In this document: positions 9,288 through 17,558 of the stretch, one piece after another
Layout: each line of letters begins with the position of its first letter
How positions within the stretch are numbered: position 1 is the first letter of the stretch
Origin: Caldivirga maquilingensis IC-167
GTDB lineage: Archaea; Thermoproteota; Thermoprotei; Thermoproteales; Thermocladiaceae
Assembly: GCF_000018305.1 (NCBI RefSeq)
Contig: NC_009954.1
Location: forward strand, 1,680,001-1,712,000
Length of the DNA: 32,000 nt
Reading direction: 5' to 3'
Made by a program: the position numbers and the translations under genes
Notes under the pieces: generated by a model
Seen by the model: only the letters and a program-made list of their open reading frames with translations
Database searches by the model: none
Told to the model about the DNA's origin: nothing

Positions 9288-9446
9288 CACTACCCTGGAG
9301 CCTTAAAAATTAAGGGATCTAGGTTCCTTACACCATAGCCTTTAATTCATCGAGCCTTAAGCGTAGATTAATCACATGCACGGGGGGGTTCTGCATAATA
9401 AGCAGTATCCATTACGTATAATTAAACTTAGGTTAATGGCCTACTT

Positions 9447-9821
9447 ATGAGCGTATTCATAGTGTTGACTAGGAATGACCCGGCAACACTGTATGTTGCA
9501 GCAGCCTTAACAGCATCATACGCCGCATTGGGTAATGATACTGTATTATTCATAACAGGCAACGCAATATTAGCCTTCAGGAAGAAACCAGTGGTGACTG
9601 ATTCAAATGAACATGAGCTCTACGTTAAGGCTAATGCAGACTACTTAAGCATAATCAATGACTCTAAATCACTTGGTAATGTTAAGATTATTGCATGCAC
9701 CGGTGTAATGAGTGTTTACGGTGTTAGGAGGGATGAATTACATGAGGTTGTTGATGAAGTACTGGATTTCCCAACCTTAATTTCAAGGATTAAGGATAAC
9801 GACAAGTTACTAATAGTCTAA
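9447..9821 (+). CDS. DsrE/DsrF-like family protein
   Basis: 124 aa. Its size and pattern (MSVFIVLT..., LFITGNAILA, IIACTGVM) resemble DsrE-like sulfur-relay fold proteins. Weak by-eye call. Confidence 0.45.
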   Translation: MSVFIVLTRNDPATLYVAAALTASYAALGNDTVLFITGNAILAFRKKPVVTDSNEHELYVKANADYLSIINDSKSLGNVKIIACTGVMSVYGVRRDELHEVVDEVLDFPTLISRIKDNDKLLIV

Positions 9822-9983
9822 TCCCCTAGGGCGAACCTTTCATGCATTGTAACTCCATTTCCCTCAGGGAATTGGATTAATATAGTGTTCATTACCATTA
9901 CCTAAGCACTTAATCCAGTTACTCACAGGTGCATAAACCATAAGGTGAAACCTTAATGCGAAAACTTAATGCGAAGCGGAAGA

Positions 9984-9992
9984 CTTATAATC
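9984..9992 (+). promoter_or_regulatory. TATA box candidate for the RNase P RNA gene
   Basis: CTTATAATC lies about 25 nt upstream of the first nucleotides of the terminal helix (10011-10016). Confidence 0.45.
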
Positions 9993-10010
9993 AACTATTC
10001 ACTATTCCAC

Positions 10011-10233
10011 ATTAGCCCAGTGGCCATGGTGCAGTGGCGGTTCAGGGCCACTCCGGTAACGGGTGGCCTTAGGAAACTCTCCAGGCACACGGGTCTCCCT
10101 GGGGTTAATTCACCCAGGGGGACTTAGGCCTGTACTGGGTCAATGAGCTCCGTGCGGCGAGACCCAGGTTGGGCTCCAGGTGGATGCCGACAGAAGGGGA
10201 GTTATACTGCACCATGGCCACTGGGAGGCTAAT
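10011..10233 (+). ncRNA. rnpB: RNase P RNA, minimal (type T-like, specificity domain largely absent)
   Basis: The 19-bp terminal helix pairs CCCAGTGGCCATGGTGCAG (10016-10034) with CTGCACCATGGCCACTGGG (10207-10225), and ATTAGCC/GGCTAAT can extend it. The P3-like hairpin GGCCACUCCG-GUAA-CGGGUGGCC is at 10046-10068. The CR-I-like AGGAAACUCUCCAGG (10071-10085) and CR-V-like GCCGACAGAAGGGGAGUUAUAC (10187-10208) can form P4, with AACUC[U]CC pairing GGGAGUU around a bulged U. At only about 210-220 nt it fits the Thermoproteaceae minimal form. Confidence 0.7.
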
Positions 10234-10248
10234 TGCGTTGAATTAAAG

Positions 10249-11625
10249 CTACTGTGAAGCAACCTCACCTGAGGATAATTCAAGCGGCTTACCCTTGGGT
10301 TCCTTTATGAGGAGTGTGAAGGCTATGCCTACAATAGCCATTACAGCCAGGAGAAGCAGTAGCCTTGACATTATTGCATACTTAGCCACAGTGCCCACGT
10401 TACTGGTTATTGGGAAGTATATTGGTATTAGTAATGCCGCTAATGCCGCACCAAGCTTACCACTGCCTGCGGCTATGCCGTGGCCTGTTGACCTGAATCT
10501 AGTGGGGAAAACCTCAGTTGGGGTTATGAATGTGGTTACGTTTGGACCCACGTTGGTGAAGAATTGGGCCAACCCGTAGAGGGCCAGTATGATTGTCGGC
10601 ATTATTAACTCATTCCTCAGCATTAGTGCTGTAATCAAGTAAACCACCGCCACTATTGAGAAGCCCATTATCTGCATACTCCTCCTACCAATCTTATCCA
10701 CTAGAAACGCCGCCACATAGTAGCCTGGCACTAGGAAGGCTAACGCCGCGTATAATTGAATATAAATACTGGAGAGCGGGCTACCTGCAAGACCCATTGC
10801 AGTAACCACGAAGGGCCCGAAGATGTTTATACCGTAGAAGAATACGTCAAGTGCGAACCAGGGTACTGCAGTACCTAGGATTACTGGAATATACTTCACT
10901 AGGTTAATCCTCTCCACATTACCTCTACCATCAATGTTAACGTCCTGCATGAGCACATCCCTCATGGCCTTCCTAGCACCCTCAACATCACCCTTAACGA
11001 AGTACTCGAACCTAGGCGTTTCATGAACCCTACGCCTAAAGTAAATCACAAGAGCCGGAGCAACTGCACCAAAACCCAGTATTATCCTCCAGGCCACATC
11101 AGGGTTAACGTTAGCGTGGAGGAGGCCAAGCCCTATTAGGGCGGCTGCCACAATACCCCAGCCCTGCATTGAGAATACACCTGCTACGAATAATCCACGG
11201 CTCTTAGCCGGTGCGTATTCACTCATTAATGTTGCACTTATCGGGTAATCACCACCCACCCCGAGGCCAAGTATAAATCTCGTAATCCACAGCATTGTTG
11301 GGTTAACTGATAATGCTGATACCATTGAGCCGGCAGCCAGTAAAGCTGCCTCAACACCATACACGTATTTTCGACCAAAAACATCACCAATCCTACCGAA
11401 GATGAAGGGGCCTATTACGGCACCAAAGAGTGCAGCCGATGATATTAGGCTCACGTCAGAGGCTGATAAAGACCAGACCTGCTTCAGGAAGACTAAGGCT
11501 ATTGATATTGCGAATAAATCATAAGCATCAGCAAAGAAGCCGGCGCCAGAAATGAGTAGGATTCTTATATGACCGGGTGTTGGCCTTGACCAATCAAGTG
11601 GCTCAAATGGTGTTTTACTATACAT
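10249..11625 (-). CDS. MFS transporter, Pho84-like phosphate:H+ symporter (PHS) family signature
   Basis: 458-aa multi-TM protein. GRIGDVFGRKYVY and GLGVGGDYPISATLMSEYAPAKSRG match the PHS-type GGDYPLSA-x-SEYA motif. TATA CTATAAAGC lies about 25 nt upstream. Confidence 0.75.
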   Translation of the reverse strand: MYSKTPFEPLDWSRPTPGHIRILLISGAGFFADAYDLFAISIALVFLKQVWSLSASDVSLISSAALFGAVIGPFIFGRIGDVFGRKYVYGVEAALLAAGSMVSALSVNPTMLWITRFILGLGVGGDYPISATLMSEYAPAKSRGLFVAGVFSMQGWGIVAAALIGLGLLHANVNPDVAWRIILGFGAVAPALVIYFRRRVHETPRFEYFVKGDVEGARKAMRDVLMQDVNIDGRGNVERINLVKYIPVILGTAVPWFALDVFFYGINIFGPFVVTAMGLAGSPLSSIYIQLYAALAFLVPGYYVAAFLVDKIGRRSMQIMGFSIVAVVYLITALMLRNELIMPTIILALYGLAQFFTNVGPNVTTFITPTEVFPTRFRSTGHGIAAGSGKLGAALAALLIPIYFPITSNVGTVAKYAIMSRLLLLLAVMAIVGIAFTLLIKEPKGKPLELSSGEVASQ

Positions 11626-12117
11626 TAAGCGTCATGCAGTTGAAGCTTTATAGGTGTTTCGCTTGTAAAATACCTACAATATTTATCAATATATAATATA
11701 TATTGAAGCACATAAGTGACCAGGACCCAGTGAAAGCAGCACTAATCATGACCTTCCCTTAAACACATTGACTAAGGATTAATAATCCCGTAGACTCCAT
11801 GACTCCTTAATTAAGCTCCCTCAGCACTTCATTTAATTCCCCACCTTCCTTTCCTTAATCCAGGGTTAAAATACTAAACACCTGCGTTGATTTAACAATA
11901 GTTACTCACCGTTAGGTGCCCTGCCTCTAATACACCAAGATCAGACTCATTATAACTGATTAACTTGAACGCACCATTCACACTACCATACTTAACATTA
12001 GAACCAGTTGAAAATACCAACAATGTAAACTCATCAAGCGGGCTCCCACCAGGCAGCAATTCATCTAGTATCCAACTTGTTAGGTGAAAATTTCACTTTT
12101 AAAGGTGTGTATAGATT

Positions 12118-12157
12118 AAAAATACTTAAAAGAGAACCTAACTTGTTAAGTATTTTT
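12118..12157. promoter_or_regulatory. 12-bp perfect inverted repeat (candidate operator) just upstream of the TATA box of the 12198 MFS gene
   Basis: AAAAATACTTAA (12118-12129) and TTAAGTATTTTT (12146-12157) are exact reverse complements separated by 16 nt. Confidence 0.3.
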
Positions 12158-12168
12158 TTGAAGCAATA

Positions 12169-12178
12169 CTTATAAATA
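12169..12178 (+). promoter_or_regulatory. TATA box candidate for the MFS gene at 12198
   Basis: CTTATAAATA is centred about 25 nt upstream of the ATG at 12198, the same leaderless geometry seen across the window. Confidence 0.45.
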
Positions 12179-12197
12179 ATATATGATATCTTAGATT

Positions 12198-13562
12198 ATG
12201 TCAGCTCCATCTGATATAATAAGGAGGTTTGATGAAGCTAGGTTGACGATGGCTCACTATAGGTGGACTATATTGGCTGCAATGGGTGACTTCCTTGATT
12301 CTGGTGCTATTGTTGCTGGGGCTGTTTCAACAATATATTGGATCAGTGTGTTTCACTTAACATCAATACTACTTGGTATTATAGCTGCCTTCAGTCCCAA
12401 TGCATTTGCAGCATTCGTTGGCGCCATTATTGCTGGTCCGCTTGGGGATAGGTATGGTAGGAAGACGATTTATATGTATGACCTATTAGCCTACTTCATT
12501 GGTGCTGTTATTATGGCTGCTGCCGTTAACTACGTAATGCTCCTCATTGGTTACATTATTGTTGGCATCGCGGTGGGGCTTGATGTACCCACATCCTGGT
12601 CCCTAATAGCTGAGTACGCACCAAGGCAGAGGAGGGGTTTCCTAATGGCATTCACCAACGTAATGTGGTACATTGGCCCAATAGTAATGCTACTCCTAGG
12701 CATAGCCTTCGAGCCTTATGGTGCATTAACCTTCAGGGTTGTTTTCGGTGTTTTAGCCGCTGTGGCAATAATAACTTGGGTGCTTAGAAGGGGGTTAATC
12801 GAGTCACCGAGGTGGGGGTTGGTTACAGGTAAGACTAATGTAGTGGAGTCAGCGTTAAAGCAGCTTGGTGAACAAGCCCCACAGGCTAATGCTCAACAGC
12901 AGACTCAGCAAGCTCAATATAAGTATAAGTGGAGTGACATATTTAAGTATAAGAAGGGGTTAGCCTTCATAATACCAATATATATTTTCTGGGGTGTGCC
13001 AGCAGGTACCTTCGGCTTCTTCCTACCGTTCTTCTTCAAGGATATTGGCTTCACTACAACTACAATGGCCTATGTAGGCCAAATATTATGGTTCATAACT
13101 GCAATAATAGGTGTTGTTGCAGTCTACATGCAGTTATCCGATAGGTTGAATAGGAATGTCATGTATGCTGTCGCTGCAGCATTATGCGCATTATCCTTCG
13201 CACTACCAATATTCCTACCCTTCAGCATACTCTGGGTAGCATTATTCAATGTTATTGGCTTCGGCTTTGGGCACGGTATGTGGCTTTGGCCGCAGACTAG
13301 GGTTTGGTCCACTGAATTATTCCCCACTGAGGTTAGGAATAGTGCCCAGGGATTCGCATGGTCATGGATGAGGTTCGCCTTAGGCGTATGGAGCCTATTT
13401 GTACCAACCATAATAAGTGTAATAGGTTATAGGGCAATTGCCGCAGTGGCTACATCACTCTTCATACTCAATATTATAATAGGTTACCTATATGGCCCAA
13501 GATCACAGGGTAAGAGCCTTGAGGAGGTTTTAAGAGACTTCTACGGCGGTAAAATACCTTAA
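12198..13562 (+). CDS. MFS transporter (sugar/metabolite:H+ symporter-like)
   Basis: 454-aa multi-TM protein. GPLGDRYGRKTIY loop motif, EYAPRQRRG, and a central Q-rich cytoplasmic loop (QAPQANAQQQTQQAQ). Confidence 0.8.
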   Translation: MSAPSDIIRRFDEARLTMAHYRWTILAAMGDFLDSGAIVAGAVSTIYWISVFHLTSILLGIIAAFSPNAFAAFVGAIIAGPLGDRYGRKTIYMYDLLAYFIGAVIMAAAVNYVMLLIGYIIVGIAVGLDVPTSWSLIAEYAPRQRRGFLMAFTNVMWYIGPIVMLLLGIAFEPYGALTFRVVFGVLAAVAIITWVLRRGLIESPRWGLVTGKTNVVESALKQLGEQAPQANAQQQTQQAQYKYKWSDIFKYKKGLAFIIPIYIFWGVPAGTFGFFLPFFFKDIGFTTTTMAYVGQILWFITAIIGVVAVYMQLSDRLNRNVMYAVAAALCALSFALPIFLPFSILWVALFNVIGFGFGHGMWLWPQTRVWSTELFPTEVRNSAQGFAWSWMRFALGVWSLFVPTIISVIGYRAIAAVATSLFILNIIIGYLYGPRSQGKSLEEVLRDFYGGKIP

Positions 13563-13773
13563 GAACATTCATTACACCTTAAATCCTCCTTAAACCCATT
13601 ATTCCCCCTTCCTTAATTAAAAATTAGTAGTGTATTAATGTGGAGAATTCAATGACTTTAAGTAAATATAGGTATGAAGGCGTAAGATGCATACCTTCGT
13701 ACATATTACTGGTATTTCAAGCTGGGGTTGCTTTAATTCACGTATCCTATGGTTTCATGCGTTAGTTAATGGG

Positions 13774-15240
13774 TTAGGGTTCTAAGGCGACTTCAGCTAG
13801 TACGTTCTCTACGTTTTCATCGAACTTGAATGCAACTATGTCATAGTAGTTGCTTAAATCAACCCTATTCCACCCACTGTTTAACTGGATTGAATCCTCA
13901 ATGAGTCTACCTAATAATGTGTACTCAACCACCCTCAACTTAACCTGCCTTGGGACGTGAATCCTAAGCACCTTCCCTGTGAAGCCCTTTAACGGTATTC
14001 CACCAAACCACCCCGCTATGCAGGATTCCGGTGAATACGGGCCATCATGCATCATTATTCTCACTGGTGTCCATGGTTTAGTGAATAATTCCTTAACCGG
14101 TATTGAGAATAATCCACCGTTACCGGACCTGTACGTGTATATGTCCGTGTGGTTGGCGTACGTGGCGCCCACGTATAGGTAATTGCCATCATGGGTTAAT
14201 CCGAATATTGAGCCTACTGATGAGAGTATCTGGGGAACCGGTGTATCTACTCTAAGTAGCATACCGAATGTTGTCCTGGCTGAAATCTCCCTAAGACCCT
14301 CAGCTGGGTTAACTGGTAGTATTGGGGTACCCATTATGTAGACCTTCTGCGACCTTAAACCAGGCACGTAGCTCGGCCTCTCTGATTCAGGACTCTTAAC
14401 CTCTAGGAATGGGTAGAGCGTGTACGTGTCCTTAACAGGGTCAATGTATATTAATGCACCACCGTAGAAGGCTATTAACCTATTCTGAACCTGAACCACC
14501 TGCCCACCCTCACGCTTAATCTGAATACTCCTACCAGGCTCCAGGGCGAAGTTGAATGATTCAATAATCCTCCCCTCGCCGCTTGAAGTATTGTAGACTA
14601 CTATTGCTGAATTCTCGTAGTGAACTGGGTTATAGACTGTTGCGTATATCTTATCATCCTTAAGCTCCATCTTATAAATACTCCTCCCCTTAACCAGGTA
14701 CTCGGCGACCCTTGTGGATAAGCCAATCCTCCATAAGCCTAATTCAGCATGACCATCAGCCCTGGTGAAGTATATTGAGTTATCATGCTCATCATAAAGT
14801 AGGTCAGTGACTTCACCGTACCAGTGATTAGGCGGGATATTGTCATCCCACTTCCTAGCCCACAGGACCTCAACCCTATCATTCTCATCAATTGAGTGAA
14901 TGTGACTATACTTATTCCTCATGTCCTGATACCTAAGAAGCCTCTCAGCACCCTTAACCTCAAGCATCCCTGGCGGTGTCTTAACCCAACCACCGAAGAA
15001 TAGTAAATCCCTGGACCATGTTAAGGCGGCATGCGTATCCCCACCAACCCTCGGTGGCCTACCAAGCCTCTCATAACCGTACACCAGTTTACCATTGGAG
15101 TAGACCTTAGCCACATGCCCATCATGGACGATTAATGCCCCAGACTGCGGGTGAAAGCCTAGGTAAAGTGACCTGAATTGATTATGCCCCAGGGCAACCT
15201 CATCATGATCTATGAAACCCCTTAGAAGTAAATTAACCAT
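13774..15240 (-). CDS. conserved hypothetical protein, beta-rich (possibly DUF2139-like / propeller-like)
   Basis: 488-aa uninterrupted ORF with non-repetitive, globular-looking composition rich in beta-strand-like segments. A TATA (ACTTATAAATT) lies about 27 nt upstream. No catalytic motif recognised; the family name is only a recollection. Confidence 0.6.
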   Translation of the reverse strand: MVNLLLRGFIDHDEVALGHNQFRSLYLGFHPQSGALIVHDGHVAKVYSNGKLVYGYERLGRPPRVGGDTHAALTWSRDLLFFGGWVKTPPGMLEVKGAERLLRYQDMRNKYSHIHSIDENDRVEVLWARKWDDNIPPNHWYGEVTDLLYDEHDNSIYFTRADGHAELGLWRIGLSTRVAEYLVKGRSIYKMELKDDKIYATVYNPVHYENSAIVVYNTSSGEGRIIESFNFALEPGRSIQIKREGGQVVQVQNRLIAFYGGALIYIDPVKDTYTLYPFLEVKSPESERPSYVPGLRSQKVYIMGTPILPVNPAEGLREISARTTFGMLLRVDTPVPQILSSVGSIFGLTHDGNYLYVGATYANHTDIYTYRSGNGGLFSIPVKELFTKPWTPVRIMMHDGPYSPESCIAGWFGGIPLKGFTGKVLRIHVPRQVKLRVVEYTLLGRLIEDSIQLNSGWNRVDLSNYYDIVAFKFDENVENVLAEVALEP

Positions 15241-15372
15241 GTTAACGCAGTGGTTACGTGGAATTTATAAGTATTAAATAATGAGTAGAGACTATTGAAT
15301 GATGCTAATCACTACGTCACCACGCCTTAATGCACGTTTCATTTTTAAGCATACAGAGTACTATGGTTTACT

Positions 15373-16239
15373 ATGGGTAAGACCATGTTGAAACTAATAC
15401 CCCTGGTTAATGGTAATTACAAGCTAATACAATGGGAGCCATTAGGTGGAGTACATGGTGCTGATATTGAGTGTATTCACGTGACTCCCAATGTATGGAA
15501 TATTGATAAATCATCCGTGGGTACGGTGCAGATTGAGTATGAGCCACAGGTTGGTTGCTTGAGATTCAGTATTGACTTCCCTAGGATAAGCATAAGGCAT
15601 AATGTAGGTGTTGCAGCGTATTCCGAGGTCATTTATGGTCATAAACCATGGGGTCCAACAACATGCATGGATCCTCAATTCAAATTCCCAATCAAGGTTA
15701 ATGAATCCAAGGGACTTTACTCATACGTTAACTACAATGTTAAATCCCGCTCACCGGACGACTCCATATTCAACATAGCCTACGACCTTTGGTTAACCAC
15801 AAGCCCTAACTTAACCAATGGACCCCAGCCTGGTGACGTGGAGGTTATGATTTGGTTATACTACCATGGCCAGAGACCTGCCGGTAGGCTTATTGGGGAG
15901 TTGAGAATGCCCATTACCCTAGGGGACAGTGAGGCTGCTAGGGATTTTGAAGTATGGGTTGCGGATACGGGTATTGGTATTGGGGAATGGGCAGTGGTCA
16001 CCTTTAGGATTAAGGACCCAATCAAAGGAGGCTTAATTGGCGTTAATTTAATTAATTACATTGAATCAGCCTTCAAGACCCTTGAGGAGCTTAACCCAGT
16101 GAAGTGGAGGTATGGGGATTTACTGAACAAGTACCTGAATGGTATTGAATTCGGTTCGGAATTCGGCAATGTATCCTCAGGCATGATTAAGCTTAACTGG
16201 GAGTTATGTGGTTTAAGCCTGGTGAAGGATTCATCCTAG
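15373..16239 (+). CDS. glycoside hydrolase family 12 (endo-beta-1,4-glucanase-like), no signal peptide
   Basis: 288 aa. GH12 blocks are present: NVWN, IAYDLWL, VEVMIWLYYHGQRPAG (nucleophile Glu in E-x-MIW), FEVWVA and NGIEFGSE (acid/base Glu). The N-terminus MGKTMLKLIPLVNGNYK has no hydrophobic signal or anchor. Confidence 0.75.
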   Translation: MGKTMLKLIPLVNGNYKLIQWEPLGGVHGADIECIHVTPNVWNIDKSSVGTVQIEYEPQVGCLRFSIDFPRISIRHNVGVAAYSEVIYGHKPWGPTTCMDPQFKFPIKVNESKGLYSYVNYNVKSRSPDDSIFNIAYDLWLTTSPNLTNGPQPGDVEVMIWLYYHGQRPAGRLIGELRMPITLGDSEAARDFEVWVADTGIGIGEWAVVTFRIKDPIKGGLIGVNLINYIESAFKTLEELNPVKWRYGDLLNKYLNGIEFGSEFGNVSSGMIKLNWELCGLSLVKDSS

Positions 16240-17498
16240 GCCTTTATACCGTAAAGCTCCAGCTGATTACTGTAAAGCATTGCCTCAGCAATCTCAATGG
16301 CTAGGTCGCTGCTTAAGTAACCTGCCTTAACTGCATCATCTAGTGTTAAGGCTAAGACGTGTTTAATCAACTTCACTTTACCGTAAACCCAATCAGCGAC
16401 ATACGCATCACTGAAGAATCCACCAATCTTAGTGTATGGGAGCATTTGAAGCCTAATCCTAATGTAACTTGATATAACATCATGGTACATTGAGTACCAC
16501 CAGTAGCCGTTTAGGTATATGTTCGGGTAGTTCTTAGCCGCAACGGTGGCTGCGTGGTTAAGTAATGGTTCAGTTATTATTAAGTCGAATTTAACATTAG
16601 GGTACTCTGAGGCTAGGAGCATCACTTGCATTAACTGCTGCTGATTGAAGAGGGTTACTGCGTAATCAGGTGGTGATGCACCCGGTACAGGTCTCTTGGC
16701 TCCAAGCATCACTTGAACAACCAAGCCATTCTCCCCAGCATTATCCAGAATCCTCCTAAGCAGGTACGACGCCACCAAATCCCTCCCACTTGGATTAACC
16801 ACACCACCCTTGGTTAAGGTTCCTAAGTACGGTTGAATCTGGCTGCCTGACGGTTTAAGGGTTATGAATGATTCATCAGGCTGAAGGTTAAGTGTCACGG
16901 CAACTACATGACCCTTAAACCTCTTAAACAACCTGGCTAAGGCCTCATCTATGTCGTTTGGGTTACTGATGCTTATGCCGTAGGTTTTACTTAGCTTGTT
17001 AATGGATTGTGGATTAATGTCAGGTAGTAGTGGGTCGAGTCTAAGGGCTCCCGTGAATAATGATTCATCGTACTCGGGTAGTGGTTCAAGTGGATTCAGT
17101 GTTAATACTGATTTCCTAACCCTTGATGAATCCCTAATAACCTTAACAGCCCTATCCTCATTACCCTTAACTGACTCAATGGCCTTAACAACATCATTAA
17201 CATTACCCTCATTAATCCCACTAACCCTCAACCCATATAAATCATTCAGTATCCTCATTAAACCCCAATGCGTAGCAGTATTCCTAATACGCCTAAAGTA
17301 AGGTATTATTGGCTTCAATTCATTAAAACCCTTAACCTCACCAAACCCCAATGGAGCACCAGCTGAACGCAACTCAGTGACAATGTAGTGGTAAAGCAAT
17401 ACATCCTGGAAACCACTGGGTGATAGTGACCTTGGGTTTAAGTGATTATGAACATCCGCAACCGGAGACTCCTCAACAACATCCTGAACACTAACCAT
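16236..17498 (-). CDS. uronate (glucuronate) isomerase-like amidohydrolase-fold protein
   Basis: 420 aa. N-terminal metal motif DVHNHL. C-terminal NGYWWYSM...GGFFSDAYVADW parallels the UxaC pattern G-x-WWF...GMLTDSRSFLS. Divergent, so the activity is uncertain. Confidence 0.5.
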   Translation of the reverse strand: MVSVQDVVEESPVADVHNHLNPRSLSPSGFQDVLLYHYIVTELRSAGAPLGFGEVKGFNELKPIIPYFRRIRNTATHWGLMRILNDLYGLRVSGINEGNVNDVVKAIESVKGNEDRAVKVIRDSSRVRKSVLTLNPLEPLPEYDESLFTGALRLDPLLPDINPQSINKLSKTYGISISNPNDIDEALARLFKRFKGHVVAVTLNLQPDESFITLKPSGSQIQPYLGTLTKGGVVNPSGRDLVASYLLRRILDNAGENGLVVQVMLGAKRPVPGASPPDYAVTLFNQQQLMQVMLLASEYPNVKFDLIITEPLLNHAATVAAKNYPNIYLNGYWWYSMYHDVISSYIRIRLQMLPYTKIGGFFSDAYVADWVYGKVKLIKHVLALTLDDAVKAGYLSSDLAIEIAEAMLYSNQLELYGIKA

Positions 17499-17558
17499 AA
17501 AAACACCCCAAACACAGCATTAATAAAAAACCACTCTAACCTATCCGATAACACTTAC

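Noticed and set aside
10011-10233. Considered calling this structured RNA an SRP (7S) RNA, because of the long terminal helix and GNRA-capped hairpin.
   Set aside because: It is too short for an archaeal SRP RNA (about 300 nt). It contains RNase P CR-I/CR-V-like sequences able to form P4 with a bulged U, and I saw no SRP helix 6/8 motifs.
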